Shown piece after piece: positions 1 through 11,500 of a stretch of 64,000 nt of DNA (its first letter is position 1; each line of letters starts with the position of its first letter). The stretch comes from an uncultured Gemmatimonadales bacterium. Lineage in GTDB: Bacteria; Gemmatimonadota; Gemmatimonadetes; Gemmatimonadales; Gemmatimonadaceae. The notes under the pieces were generated by a model. That model did no database searches and had not been told where the DNA came from. It saw nothing but the letters and a program-made list of their open reading frames with translations. Location: positions 1,728,001-1,792,000 of the forward strand of contig OY969695.1 of the NCBI GenBank assembly GCA_963701965.1, given 5' to 3'. Made by a program: the position numbers and the translations under genes.

Positions 1-977
1 CCGGTGTCACCATCGGAGTCGTGTGTGCATACGCGACACTGGTCGCCGCAATGGTGCTCACGGGGCGCGTGCATCTCGTGAACAGTCCGTTGGCGGTCAC
101 CACCTCCAGCGATGCGTCGATGCTGGACGAGGGCGCCAAGCTCATGCTGCTGGGCATGGTCGGCGCGATCGCGACGTACGCGACAGCGTGGAACGAACGC
201 ACACTCCGGCGGGCCTTGGCGGCGCAACTGCGACGCGACATCGAAGAGCGCGAGATGACCGACCGCCTGCGCGAAGCGGACAAGCTGGCGGCGATTGGCA
301 CGCTGGCCGCGGCCACGGTGCACGATGTCCGCAACCCCCTGACTGCCATCGCGCTCCAGTCCGAGTTGCTCATGGAGTCGCCGCTCGGCGAGCCGCTCCG
401 GAACGATTTGACGCTGATCCTGGAGGAAGCGCGCCGGGCGATGGCGTTCCTCGCCGATCTCCTGCAGTTCGCCCGGTCGGCGAACACGGAGCCGGAAACG
501 GTGCCGCTGGCGATCGCCGAGACAGTGGACGCGGCCGTCGCGGCCGCCCGCCCCTTGTTGCACGAGCACCGGATTCCCGTCGAAGTGTCGATCGAAAATC
601 TGAATGGCAACCTCGCGCCCTTGCACGGTTCCCCCATGCGCCTCGAGCGCGCGTTGGTGAACCTCCTGGTCAATAGCGTGCAAGCAATGGAAGAGCAGGA
701 CGGCGCCAAAGCGATCCGCGTCCACGCCCGTCCCGACGCGACAGGACGGGGCGTGATTCTCGATGTGGACGACACGGGGCCGGGGTTCCCGGCCGGTCTG
801 GTGACGCGCGCCTTCGAGCGATTCGTCACCACCAAGCCGCCCGGCAAGGGGACTGGACTCGGGCTGTGGATGGTGCGCCAGACCGTGTCCGATCTCGGTG
901 GCCGCGTGTCGGCCATCAATCTCGCCGGCGGCGGTGCGCGGGTCCGGGTCGAGCTGTCGGGAGACGGCGTGGCCTGA
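1..977 (+). CDS. Membrane sensor histidine kinase (HisKA + HATPase_c), 5' end probably outside the window
   Basis: H-box TVHDVRNPL, N-box NLLVNS, G1 DDTGPG, F/G2 FVTTKPPGKGTGLGL; N-terminal hydrophobic segments. Confidence 0.9.
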   Translation, partial: GVTIGVVCAYATLVAAMVLTGRVHLVNSPLAVTTSSDASMLDEGAKLMLLGMVGAIATYATAWNERTLRRALAAQLRRDIEEREMTDRLREADKLAAIGTLAAATVHDVRNPLTAIALQSELLMESPLGEPLRNDLTLILEEARRAMAFLADLLQFARSANTEPETVPLAIAETVDAAVAAARPLLHEHRIPVEVSIENLNGNLAPLHGSPMRLERALVNLLVNSVQAMEEQDGAKAIRVHARPDATGRGVILDVDDTGPGFPAGLVTRAFERFVTTKPPGKGTGLGLWMVRQTVSDLGGRVSAINLAGGGARVRVELSGDGVA

Positions 978-1008
978 CCTGCGCGGCGCGCGCCGCCTAT
1001 CATTTGGC

Positions 1009-2172
1009 ATGGCCGCGCTGGAATTGATTCTCCTGCTCGTGGCCGTGGCGGCGGTGTTGCAGACCGTCGCCCGGCGGTTCTCCATTCCGCTCCCCGCAAT
1101 ACTCGTCACCGGCGGGCTGCTGCTGGCGGTGATCCCCGGCGTGCCCCGGGTATCGATCCCGCCGGACCTCGTATTTCTCATCTTCGTGCCGCCGCTCCTG
1201 TTCAGCGGCGCGATCCAGTCCTCGTGGCGTGAGTTCCAGACGCGGGCGCGCCCGATCCTGAGCCTGGCCGTGGGTTTGGTGATCGCCACCATGATCGCCG
1301 TCGCCGTAGTGGTGCACGCGCTCAACCCGGCGTTTGGTTGGGCGTCCGCGTTCGTGCTGGAAAGCCTCATTTTCATCTTCATCGGCCTGGAGTTGCCGGT
1401 GGTCGCGGCCGCATTGGGCGGCTACCCGATCGCCACGCTGGTCCAGGAGATCGCGATCGTGAGCGCGGTATGCATCGCCGTGCGCTTACTCTGGGTCTTT
1501 CCCAGCGCGGCGTTTACGCGCGCCGGTGAGATCCGGGGCGGGAAGCGCGTGTGGCGGGAGGTCGCGTTCATCGGGTGGACCGGCATGCGCGGCGCCGATT
1601 CGCTGGTGATCACGCTCGCTCTGCCAACGGTGACGCAGCAGGGCACGCCGTTCCCGGCCCGGGCGTTCATCATCGTGATCACGTTCGGCGTGCTCCTGTC
1701 GACGCTGGTCCTCCAAGGCCTGACCCTCAAGCCTGTCGTCCGATTGCTCGGTCTCGCCAATGGGAGCCGCGCGCTCGATGACCAGGAAGAAGCCTTCGGT
1801 TGGAAGAACACGAGCGAGGCGGCGCTGACGCGGCTCGCGGACATCGAGCGCCGGATCGACGGCCAGGCGCCGGAAGTCCGCGCCGCGGTCGCCCGGTTGC
1901 GCGCGCAGTACGAGGCGCGGCGCCGGAAATTCGGCTCCCAGCGCCCGGCGGTCGACAGTCCGGTGGACGAGACGAACGCCGAACGCCATCTCAAGCGCGC
2001 CGTGATCGACGCCGAGCGGCAGCGGCTGCTGGAGTTGCGCGACACGGGCGCCATCGACGACACCGTCGTGCGGCATCTCGCGCGCTATATGGATCTCGAA
2101 ACCTTGCTCGCGAACTATCCCGGCTTGGGCACGACGGAATCACCCTTCGAGGTGATTCCGCCGGACGCCTGA
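1009..2172 (+). pseudogene. CPA1 Na+/H+ antiporter (YjcE/NhaK-like) with a large in-frame internal deletion
   Basis: Colinear with paralog 34523-36265 but jumps from FGWASAF to VLESLIF; lacks the PDPVA and EGLLND motifs. Confidence 0.8.
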
Positions 2173-2175
2173 GGG

Positions 2176-3564
2176 CTACTGGATAGGCGTGTGCGCCGGC
2201 GCGCCTTCAGGTCCCGTGTCCCAATGCTGCGCCGTCGAGACGTTCGGCATGCCCCAGGAGTGACCGTTCCATCCGTCGAAGCCGTCCATGAAGAACGCCC
2301 AGAATCCCGTGGACATGTCGCTGATGACGATGAGACCGTCGGCGTCGCGTACCTGAACGCCGAAGGCCCCGTTGGCGACGCCGTGGTCTCGCGGATCCTG
2401 GCTGGGATCGGCGATATACGCATCGGAGCAGCAGCCGGTCTCGTGACCGCCACTGAACGTATGGTAGGACGCCATCGTGTACGGGTCCGTCGGATCCAGC
2501 ATGTTGAAGACTTGGAGGCCATCCTCGTAGGCCGAGACGAACACGTACGGCCAGCGGACTTCGTGGTTGTGGGCGAGGTCGCGCCAGTCGGCCGTCCAGG
2601 CGCCGATGGGGTGCGAGATCGTTTGGACCTTCTTGTCGAGGCCCGGCTTCAAGTCGAAAATCCGGAGGGGCTCGTACTGCACCTCGGTCTCGGTGACCGC
2701 GTACCGGCCGTCGGGCGACGGCGTGATGGTATGGCCGGCCGTGATGCCCATGACGCCGGTGATGGATGTGACGAGCTTGGGTGACTCCGGTTGCGTGACG
2801 TCGAAGACGAAGTAGCCGCCGCGACCGGCACCATAGAACTTGTCCTGGTGCGTGGCGGGGTCGTACCCCACCCAATAGTCGTGGAACGACCCGACGATAC
2901 TTTGTGGGCCTTGGGCAAGGCGATCCGGATTTTGGATGCGGCCCACGAATCCGTTGTTCGGCGCGCCGGCCAGCAGCTTATCCATGTCAAAGATCTGCGC
3001 GTAGGACTTGGCGGACGTCGAGGCGAACATGAGGACGCGGCCGTCAGAGTGCTTGTACGTGAAGATGTTGTGAAAGCCGCCCGGCGCGTCCGTCTGATGA
3101 ATGCGCGCCACTTCTTTGATCTTGGTCGTGTCGGGAAGACCGGTGACATCGAAGACGATGGCGCCGAGGTCGGCGTCCGGCGAGCCCTGGTTGAACTGAA
3201 AGCACTGCACGAGGTAGTACTTGCCGTGGCTCTTGAAGTAGCGGGCCCGGAGCCCGCCCAAGCCCACGTGGAGCTCCGGGTTCTCAATGTTCCATTCATA
3301 CAAGACGCGAGGCTTCTCGCCTTTGGCGATGTCCTTCACGCTGATGATGGAGAAACCCGCCGGCTTGCTGACGCCGCGCGAGACGTAGACGTACGGACGC
3401 GAGAGCTCCTGTTCGATGTCGATGTCCGAGACCTGTAGATATCCCGCGAGCGGGACGTGACCGACGACATGGACGTTCGGCGTGCCCTCTTGTCCCGGCA
3501 GGGGCCGCCGGGTTTGGGCCAGGGCCAGGACAGGAATTGCGAGTCCGACAAGGAGCATTCTCAT
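2176..3564 (-). CDS. Secreted LVIVD-repeat-like beta-propeller protein (paralog B)
   Basis: Signal peptide MRMLLVGLAIPVLALAQ; blade motifs YVYVS, AIVFDVT, YFVFDVTQP, LRIFDL, LQVFNMLDP, LIVISD. Confidence 0.8.
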   Translation of the reverse strand: MRMLLVGLAIPVLALAQTRRPLPGQEGTPNVHVVGHVPLAGYLQVSDIDIEQELSRPYVYVSRGVSKPAGFSIISVKDIAKGEKPRVLYEWNIENPELHVGLGGLRARYFKSHGKYYLVQCFQFNQGSPDADLGAIVFDVTGLPDTTKIKEVARIHQTDAPGGFHNIFTYKHSDGRVLMFASTSAKSYAQIFDMDKLLAGAPNNGFVGRIQNPDRLAQGPQSIVGSFHDYWVGYDPATHQDKFYGAGRGGYFVFDVTQPESPKLVTSITGVMGITAGHTITPSPDGRYAVTETEVQYEPLRIFDLKPGLDKKVQTISHPIGAWTADWRDLAHNHEVRWPYVFVSAYEDGLQVFNMLDPTDPYTMASYHTFSGGHETGCCSDAYIADPSQDPRDHGVANGAFGVQVRDADGLIVISDMSTGFWAFFMDGFDGWNGHSWGMPNVSTAQHWDTGPEGAPAHTPIQ

Positions 3565-3569
3565 GGGGA

Positions 3570-5234
3570 CTATTTCGCCTCGACAGTGAGTGGCGCCATC
3601 ATGCCCGCCGCGACGTGCTCGCCAATGTGGCAGTGCAACATCCACGTGCCGGGATTCGTGAGATCCAACAGGAGGTCGACCGTCGATCCCACGGGGATGA
3701 TCGCGGTGTCCTTCCACACCAGATACGGATTGGGTTCGCCGTCGCGGGCAATGACGAGAAAGCGTTGGCCGTGCAGGTGCAACGGATGATCCATCGGGTG
3801 CAGCGACCGCGGGTCGTTGAACACGCGCAGCTTGATCACGGACCCCACGGGGAAGTGCCAGCCGATCTTCATGTTCTCGGCGCCTGTGCGCTGGTCGCGA
3901 ATGACCCACCGCACCTCTTTGCCCGTGGCCACCCAGTTCATGTCGGCCATGCCGTCCGTCCACTCGAGCGCCGGGCGAAAGAGCGTGTCGACGCTCATGA
4001 ACTGCATCACCGGGATCGGGAGATCGTGAATGTCCGTGGTGAGCACGATCTCTTCGTCGGGGGCTTTGTCGAATTGCGGGCGCAGGCGCTCGATGCTTCG
4101 CATCGTCACGCTGTCGGTGCGGAGCACGTCGAATGACGCCGGGCGAGCGACCGGCGGACCGCTGACATGAATGGAGCCGAGCGTGTCGACGTTGGCGGAG
4201 AATTCGCCGAGGAAGTGGTCGATCGTCTGGACCGCGTTCACGATGGCGATATCCCCTGGCTTATCGACGTGCGTTTCGACCACGTAGCGTTCGCCGGGGG
4301 CGATCACCACGCTGGGCACCATCACCTCATGAGCGTACGGCCCCTGGTCCGAGGCAATGAGCTTGAGCGGCGCGTCGCCCACGCTCAGGTTGTACGTGCG
4401 GGCGCTGGAGGCGTTCGTGATCAACAGGCGGACCACCTCGCCGGGCGCGGCGTCCAGGCGAACGCGCGGGCTGCCATTCACCAGCAAGACGTTCCCGAAG
4501 CGGCCCATGAGTGCGAAGTTCGGCGCGTCGAGACCGAATGGAACGACGCTATCGCCGTCGAGGAGCAGGTCGTTCAACATCAAGAACGCGGTGCGGGTGC
4601 CCGGCCCATTTTGATTTGCAGGCTCGACGTACAGGTTCCCGAACAGGCCCATCGGCTGACCGATATCCTCGCGGACGTGCTCGTGGTACCAGAAAATTCC
4701 CGCGTCGGGACAATGTACGGCGTACACGAACGTGCCACCGGCCCGGACCGGCGGCTGCGTCATGTCGGGCGACCCATCGAACCGGTTATCCAACCGGACC
4801 CCGTGCCAGTGAATGGTCGCGGGCAGATCGATGCCGTTGTGAAACCTCACGTAAAACGTCGCGCCTTGCGGCACCCGGAGCAGGGGGCCTGGCGACTGGC
4901 CGTTGAATGCGAACGTGGTCAGGGTGCGCCCGCCTACGGCGTGGCGCACGAATCCCGTCGCCAACGTGATCGTGTCTCCGTTCTTGATGCGCATCTCGGT
5001 GCTCGGCATCGCCGTAGGCGTCGCCAGAGGGGCGGTGCTGCTCTTGGGCACGTAGGCCTCGACCGCCGGACGCACGCCCTCGAGCCCGGGCATCATCGGG
5101 TTCTTCATCATGGGCACAATGGACCGGCCGCTCGGCGCCTCCAGGGTGTCCATCTTCTCCATTCCCGGCATCCCCGCCATGTCTTGACCAAAGGCCCTGA
5201 GTGGCAGCACGAGCAACAATGCGAAACGTTTCAC
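3570..5234 (-). CDS. Multicopper oxidase (three-domain, CueO/CopA/laccase-like), secreted
   Basis: Copper motifs IHWHG, WYHEH, HPLHLHG, HCHIGEHVAAGM; Met-rich N-terminus; GTG start overlaps upstream TGA. Confidence 0.93.
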   Translation of the reverse strand: MKRFALLLVLPLRAFGQDMAGMPGMEKMDTLEAPSGRSIVPMMKNPMMPGLEGVRPAVEAYVPKSSTAPLATPTAMPSTEMRIKNGDTITLATGFVRHAVGGRTLTTFAFNGQSPGPLLRVPQGATFYVRFHNGIDLPATIHWHGVRLDNRFDGSPDMTQPPVRAGGTFVYAVHCPDAGIFWYHEHVREDIGQPMGLFGNLYVEPANQNGPGTRTAFLMLNDLLLDGDSVVPFGLDAPNFALMGRFGNVLLVNGSPRVRLDAAPGEVVRLLITNASSARTYNLSVGDAPLKLIASDQGPYAHEVMVPSVVIAPGERYVVETHVDKPGDIAIVNAVQTIDHFLGEFSANVDTLGSIHVSGPPVARPASFDVLRTDSVTMRSIERLRPQFDKAPDEEIVLTTDIHDLPIPVMQFMSVDTLFRPALEWTDGMADMNWVATGKEVRWVIRDQRTGAENMKIGWHFPVGSVIKLRVFNDPRSLHPMDHPLHLHGQRFLVIARDGEPNPYLVWKDTAIIPVGSTVDLLLDLTNPGTWMLHCHIGEHVAAGMMAPLTVEAK

Positions 5235-5707
5235 TCCGGGGGCATGCCCGTGTTGTAGAAGGGATGACCCGCGAACGACTGCATGAGCGAGCTCGGGCTC
5301 CGACCCACAAGCACGATGGCACCGCGCCAATGCGCGCCTACGGGTGCGGGCTCCGCGCTCACGATCACGGTGAACTTGTTCCAGTCCGCCTTGGCGCGGA
5401 GCGGGGTGTCGTTGGTGATGGGGCCCAAGGAGCGGACGACCCCGAGGTTCGGCGTGGCGAGCCACGCGTGGTAGCTGGTGTACGCTCCCAACAATGCGGC
5501 CGGCGGCAAGTCGTGGACGTTGACATCGAGGTCATACACAATGTGCCCATCTTTACTCACGCCGATCACGAACGGCGACTGCGCCGGCGCCAGCTCGACC
5601 CAACCCGACGCCAGCGCCGCGGGTCCGGCCACCGCGAGCCGGAACCGTGGACGCGATCCCGGGAGAACGGCGATCGCGAGTGCGCCGGCCAGGGCGAGCG
5701 TCTTCAA
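5231..5707 (-). CDS. Small secreted hypothetical protein, resembling the RskA C-terminal domain
   Basis: TTG start overlaps upstream stop; signal peptide LKTLALAGALAIAVLPG; pattern YHAW..P..LG..F.VIVSAEP..G.IVLVG. Confidence 0.6.
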   Translation of the reverse strand: MKTLALAGALAIAVLPGSRPRFRLAVAGPAALASGWVELAPAQSPFVIGVSKDGHIVYDLDVNVHDLPPAALLGAYTSYHAWLATPNLGVVRSLGPITNDTPLRAKADWNKFTVIVSAEPAPVGAHWRGAIVLVGRSPSSLMQSFAGHPFYNTGMPPE

Positions 5708-7203
5708 TGTGCGCCCGTGCGCGTCGCGGTGGCGGTGGACTTGGGCGCAGTCTTGGGCACGCCTTCGGGGCCGTTCGCCCAATCCTGAGCGGTAGAGACG
5801 TTGGGCATGCCCCAGTTATGGCCGTTCCATCCGTCGAACCCATCCATGTGCAGCGCCCAGAACCCCGTCGGTGATGTCGCTGATCACGATCAGGCCGTCC
5901 TCGTTTCTGACCGCGATGCCCCAAGCGCCATTGAGCACGGTGCCCGTGCCGTGCCGCAGGCTGATCTCGGCGGTGTCCGGTCGGCCGGCTTGGCTGACCC
6001 CCGCCTCGGTCGGACCATCGTACGTCTTGTAGTACCCCACCGTCATCGGGCGCGTCGGATCCAGCATGTTGAAGATCTGCAGACCATCTTCGTAGGCCGA
6101 CACGAACACGTACGGCCACCGCACCTCGTGATTGTGCGGGAGATGCTTCCAGTTCGCGGTCCAGGCGCCGATCGGGTGCGTGATCGTGGGGACGGTGCCG
6201 TCCAAGCCGGGTCGCAGATCGAAGATGCGCAGCGGCGCGTACTGATACTCGGTCTCGGTGACCACGTAGCGGCCGTCGGGCGTCGGCGTGACCGTGTGCC
6301 CGCGGCCGAACGGCGAGAATATGGCGCCCGGAAGCGGCGTGATCGACGTGAGCAACTTCGGCGTCTCCGGCTTCGAGACATCGAACACGAAATAGCCGCC
6401 GGGCTGCGCGCCGCCATAGAACTTGTCTTGGTGCGTCGCGGGATCGTATTGGACGACGAAGTCGTGATAGCGGCCCGTCGCTCCCGGCACCGGCACGTGG
6501 CTAATGAATCCCTTGTCCGGCGCGCCCGCGAGAAACTTCCCGAGATCGAAGATGCTGGCGTACGTTCCGGTCAGCGTCGTGGTGAAGAGCAGCGTACGAC
6601 CGTCGGAGTGCCGGTACGGGAAGACGTTATGGAAGCCGCCGGGCAGCGAGCAGCCGGCCATGCCGCCGCACTGAGGATCGGAGCCTTTCGTGACCGCCGA
6701 GTTTGGGGCGGTAATCCGGCCGACCTCTTTAATAGTGGATGTGTCGGGCAGTCCGGTGACGTCGAAGATGATGGCGCCCAGGTCGGCATCCGGTGACCCC
6801 TGCGCGAACTGGAATCCCTGAACGTAGTAGTACCGTCCATGGTACTTGAACGTCTTGCCTTCCATCCCGCCGAAGCCCTGGTGCAGCTCGGGATCCGAAT
6901 GTGATAGTTGTACAGCACTTTCGCGTGCGCGGGATCCTTCACGCTGATGAGCGTGAATCCGGCCGGTGTGTGCGGGTCCAGCATCCGCGAGACATACACG
7001 TACGGTCGGCTCAGCTCCTGCTCCATGGCGATCCCGGAGATCGTCTGCGACCGGCCGAGGGGAATGTGCGACATCAAGTGCACGTTCGGCGTGTTCGGCA
7101 CGAACAACGGGCTGCCACTGTCGGCATCAAACGCGTGTTGCGCGTCGACGCGACCGGCGACGACGAACGCAATGAGCAGTGCGATGCGAGCGGCGCGTGG
7201 CAT
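5704..7203 (-). CDS. Secreted LVIVD-repeat-like beta-propeller protein (paralog A), two frameshifts (~6897, ~5870)
   Basis: Three ORF pieces join colinearly with paralog B (EQELSRPYVYVSR ... HNHEVRWPYVFVSAYEDG ... GFDGWNGH.WGMPNVSTAQ). Confidence 0.8.
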
Positions 7204-8570
7204 CACTGACCAGCCACCGGCTGGCATCCGGGCGGCGCGGGGTTCCGTGGAAGACACTCGGCCTGTGGGATCGGAAAGTGGGAGATGATCTTGAAGTTCG
7301 GGAGATCGCGCGGGAGTTGTAACAGCTTACCGTATCTCCGCCAATCGATCAATCGGTGCCCGCCCTCCCAGAACAGCGAGTACCGCTTCTCGTAGAGCAA
7401 TTCGTCCAGCAGGTTCCCGGTGAACGACCCGTCGAGTGGCGCCAGGCCGCCATCCTGCACCCGGATCACGTTGATGTCCGTCATCGCGGCAGCCGCGTGT
7501 CCGAGCCCAATGTTTGCTTCGGCACGGAGCAGGATCAGCTCCGCGTTCCGCACGATGGGGATTGGCGCCGTCGGACTGCCATACACGATGATCGACAGAT
7601 TGGAGGTGACACCCTCCAGCGTCCGCGGCGTGACGACCTTGACCTTGGCGGCGACCCGGAGATCGGGCGTCCCGTCCGCGCGGGACTGCGCGTCGGTCAC
7701 GAACGAGGGGTGGGCGTAGTACTGGGTGGCCGAGGGATCGAACAGGGGGTTGAGGGCGTCACCGGAGTTCGTGCTGTACACATGGTATGCGCCGAGGGTG
7801 AGCGGCGCGCTCGTCGAGACGAACGACGCCGCCAACGCGGTCAGCGCACCGGCGTAGTCGAGCTGATAAATGGCGACGCGCGCCCGGAGACCGCGATTGA
7901 CCTGCCGGAACGTGGCCGGTGTATCGAAACCGGCGAAGCCGGTGGTCAACGCGAACGGGAAGGCGGCGCCACCGGTCGCCAGCTTTGCGTCCGCATCATC
8001 GAGGAGTTTGGCGATACTGTCGAGCGCCTGGGGCGCGGTCTTGATGGGCGCCGGGGTGCCGGCCGGATCGCCATCCACCGCCATCGGGATGCCGGCCGAG
8101 TCACGCGCGTTCAGCACCTGCAGGAAGTCGTTGGCCTGGATCGTCTCGGCGAACCCCCGCGTGGCGTCCTTCTGCACATCGGTAAATCCCGGCACCTTCG
8201 CGACCGCGGCCAGCAGCAGGTTCGCCGAACGGATGTTCTTGTACGGGTTGCGCCACAGAAAGATGTCGCCGCCCAGACTGCCCGGGTCGATCGGCCCTAT
8301 GAGCAGCTCGCTGATGAATCGCGGCTCGTTGTTGCAGAGACAGTAGCCTTCGCGACCCAGCGTGCCGTCCATGAAAATGAAATTCGGCATCTCGGTCCGC
8401 GTCCCGAAGAGCAGACCCTGGGCGAGCGCTTTCACGGACGCGACGTTGGGCGCGCCGGTGACCGACTGTAGCGTGCTGTTGTTGAGATCGGGATTCGTGG
8501 GGTTCGTGCATCCGACCGCGACGGTCGCGAGCACCACCCACCGCCATGCGCCGACGTGATGTCTGGTCAT
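7203..8570 (-). CDS. SusD/RagB family outer-membrane lipoprotein
   Basis: Lipobox AVGC; motifs IVRNAELILLRAEA and YEKRYSLFWEGGHRLIDWRR; directly follows SusC. Confidence 0.93.
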   Translation of the reverse strand: MTRHHVGAWRWVVLATVAVGCTNPTNPDLNNSTLQSVTGAPNVASVKALAQGLLFGTRTEMPNFIFMDGTLGREGYCLCNNEPRFISELLIGPIDPGSLGGDIFLWRNPYKNIRSANLLLAAVAKVPGFTDVQKDATRGFAETIQANDFLQVLNARDSAGIPMAVDGDPAGTPAPIKTAPQALDSIAKLLDDADAKLATGGAAFPFALTTGFAGFDTPATFRQVNRGLRARVAIYQLDYAGALTALAASFVSTSAPLTLGAYHVYSTNSGDALNPLFDPSATQYYAHPSFVTDAQSRADGTPDLRVAAKVKVVTPRTLEGVTSNLSIIVYGSPTAPIPIVRNAELILLRAEANIGLGHAAAAMTDINVIRVQDGGLAPLDGSFTGNLLDELLYEKRYSLFWEGGHRLIDWRRYGKLLQLPRDLPNFKIISHFPIPQAECLPRNPAPPGCQPVAGQ

Positions 8571-8571
8571 G

Positions 8572-11500
8572 CTAGAACCCCGCGCTGATGCCGAGCCAGA
8601 AACTGCGGCTCGCCGGGAAGGCGAAAAGCTCGAAGTTCCGCGCGATCGGCTGGTTGCCAAAATGACTCACTTCCGGGTCCGTCCCGTCGTAGTGCGTGAA
8701 CGTCACGAGATTGCGGCCGCTGAACGTGAGCGCCATGTGGTGCGAGCCGCCGCCAATCCGGCTGAGCCACGCACTGGGCAGATCGAAGGTCACGTTGACC
8801 TCCCGCAGCTTCACGTAGGACGCGTCCTCGATGTAGGTGTTGGTGTGTCCCGGGAACTGCGAGAGCCGGTAGGCGCCCCGGTCCCACGTCACACCGTTCA
8901 CCACGATCTTGTCGGCATAATCGCGCGTAGTCTGCGCTTGATCGTACGTCAGCTTGGTGAAATTGATGTCGTCGCCGCCGTCCTTCCAACTGAACAGAAA
9001 TCCGAGGTGGAGCTTCCGGTACCGGAAGGTGTTCTGCAGGGACATGATGGCGCGCGGATTGAAGTCGCCCACCTGACCCACCACCACTTGGCCGTTCGGC
9101 AACGTCAGGTTGCCGACGATCTGCGTCGCCGACTTCCCCTGCTGGATCTCGTTCGTGCCGACGTCGGTGCCAAATCCCAGACCGACGAACGCCGGCACCG
9201 GGAGGTTCTCGATCACGCTGGCGTCATGGTACACCGACGCCGTGGCCGTCCAGTCGAAGTTGCGACCGGTGAATGGCGCCACCGTCAGGCCGACCTCGAT
9301 CCCGCGGTCGCGGAGCTGACCGCCGTTGAAGAACTGGGTCAGGAACCCGCTCGACGGGGACAGCGTACGCTGGAGGAGCAGATCGGTGATGTCCTTCTGA
9401 TAGAGCGTGAACTCGAGCGTCGCTTTCCCGCGGAACAGTTGGGCGTCGAATCCGGTCTCGATCTCCCGCTGGCGCTCGGGCTGGAGATTGGGCGCCAATG
9501 TGCTCGTGGTCGGCGCCAGACCCGGCAAGGCCTGGATATTCTCCGCGGCCAATAGCGTGAACTTCTGGCCAAAAAGCGGCCGATTGCCGGACTCGCCGTA
9601 GGCGGCGCGCAGCTTGAGCTCGTCAATGACGCCAGGAAGCACTGGGAAACGGTATGACGCCGCGGCCTTCGGGAAAAAGTAGAAGTGATTGAGCGCCGAA
9701 TTGGCGGTGCTCCGATCCACGCGGGCGCCGATCGTGAGGAGCAGGCGGTCGGACAGAGTCAGGAACTCCTCCTGGCCGAACAACCCCAGGTCTTGGATGT
9801 TCTCGTCATCCTCCGCCACCTGCACGACCGTCCCCGTCCCGACGTTGGGCAAGCCGCCGATCAGATTCTGGGCCAGGGTGCGCCCCACGTTGAGCGACGA
9901 GGCCTCGTCTTGAAATCCCAGCGTCGTCGTCATGCCGAACGCGCCGCTGCCCGGCTTGAACGAATGGATCGCGTAGGCGCCAACGTTGGCGTTGATATTG
10001 TTGCTCTTGGACAACGCCTTGAACCCCGGGAGCGCGCCGCTGGCCTCGAACTGCAGCTCGGGCGGCGCGAAGACGTCATTGGTCTGATTGAAGAAGTCGA
10101 CGCCGCCCGTTCCCACGATCTTCACGGACTGCGTCGCGGTCTCGAGCAGGGTCCAGTCCGCGGTCAGCGAGGCGACGTCGCGCCACACCTCCTCTTCATT
10201 GTGGAGGAGGGCGGCCGTCTGCACGGGATTGCTCGGCGCGAACGGATTGGTCGGATAGGCGCCGTTCTTCGGCGACAAGTCGAAGAAGCTGGGCGTGAAG
10301 GGAAGCACGGCATAAAAGACAGCGCCAATGTTGTCGTTGTTGCTCAGGCCGCGACCCGTGTTCGAGTGGATCAGTTGGTTGCCGCCCGACAAATGCAGCC
10401 GCGTGCCGACCTCGTGATCCAGATTGAGCCGGACGGAGGATTTGTTGTAGAACGTGTTCTGGATGATGCCGGGGTCGCGGTTCACCATGCCCGAGGCATA
10501 GAACTGCGTGTTGTCCGTGCCTCCGCTCACGCTCAGCATCGTCTCCGACGACAGCGGCTTCCGGCCGGCCAGCGCGCTCTCGTTGTCGAACACGGCGCCG
10601 GGGTGAAAGTACTGGGCGGCGATCGGCCCGAATGCCGAATCGGCTTCTTGCACGTTGGCGAACGTGCGCGAGCCCAGCTCGCGCGAGATCTCCGAGATCC
10701 CGAAGTTCTGCTGCACGTCGTAGCGCGCGGCCCCCGCCTTGCCCCGCTTCGTCGTGATGACGATCACGCCGTTCGATGCCTTGGAGCCGTACACGGCCGC
10801 CGCCGACGCGCCCTTCAGCACCTCGATATTTTCGATGTCCGCCGGATCGATGTCGGCAATGCGATTGGTCGGGTTGTCCTCGTTGCCCGCAATACCCTGC
10901 CGCGGCGACGCCAGTGTCAGCAGATTCGTCGCCGGCTCGATCGAGGCGTCGCTGACGATGACCCCGTCCACGACGTAGAGCGGCGTAGCCGAGCCGATGA
11001 CGGACGTGATGCCGCGCAGGCGGATCTGCATGCCGCCCCCGGGAGCCCCGGTATTCGACGAGATGTCGGCGCCCGTGACCTTGCCTTGCAGTGCCAGATC
11101 GACGCTCTGGGCCGGCGCCTGATTCAACTCGTCGCTATTGACGGTGGCCACGGCGTTGGCGGCGTTGCGGCGCGCCACGGTGGTCGCCTGGCTGGTGACG
11201 ACGACTTCGTTCAGGTGCAGGACGTCGCGCACCAGCCGGATCTCGATCGTGGTCTGCGCGGCATCAATGGCGATCTCACGGGCCAGGTACCCGATGAGTC
11301 GGGACTGGATCGTGAAGGCGCCGCTGGGCGCCCGCAGCACGAAGCTCCCGTCGGCCTTGGTGTGGGCGCCGAACGTCGTGCCTTTGACCACCACGTCCGC
11401 CGACTGTAAGGGTTCGCCCGACGCATCGTCGAGCACGTGCCCGGTCAGCGTGCGCTCCTGCGCTTCGCGCATGGGCACCGGCGGCTCGGCGCGCGGGGCG

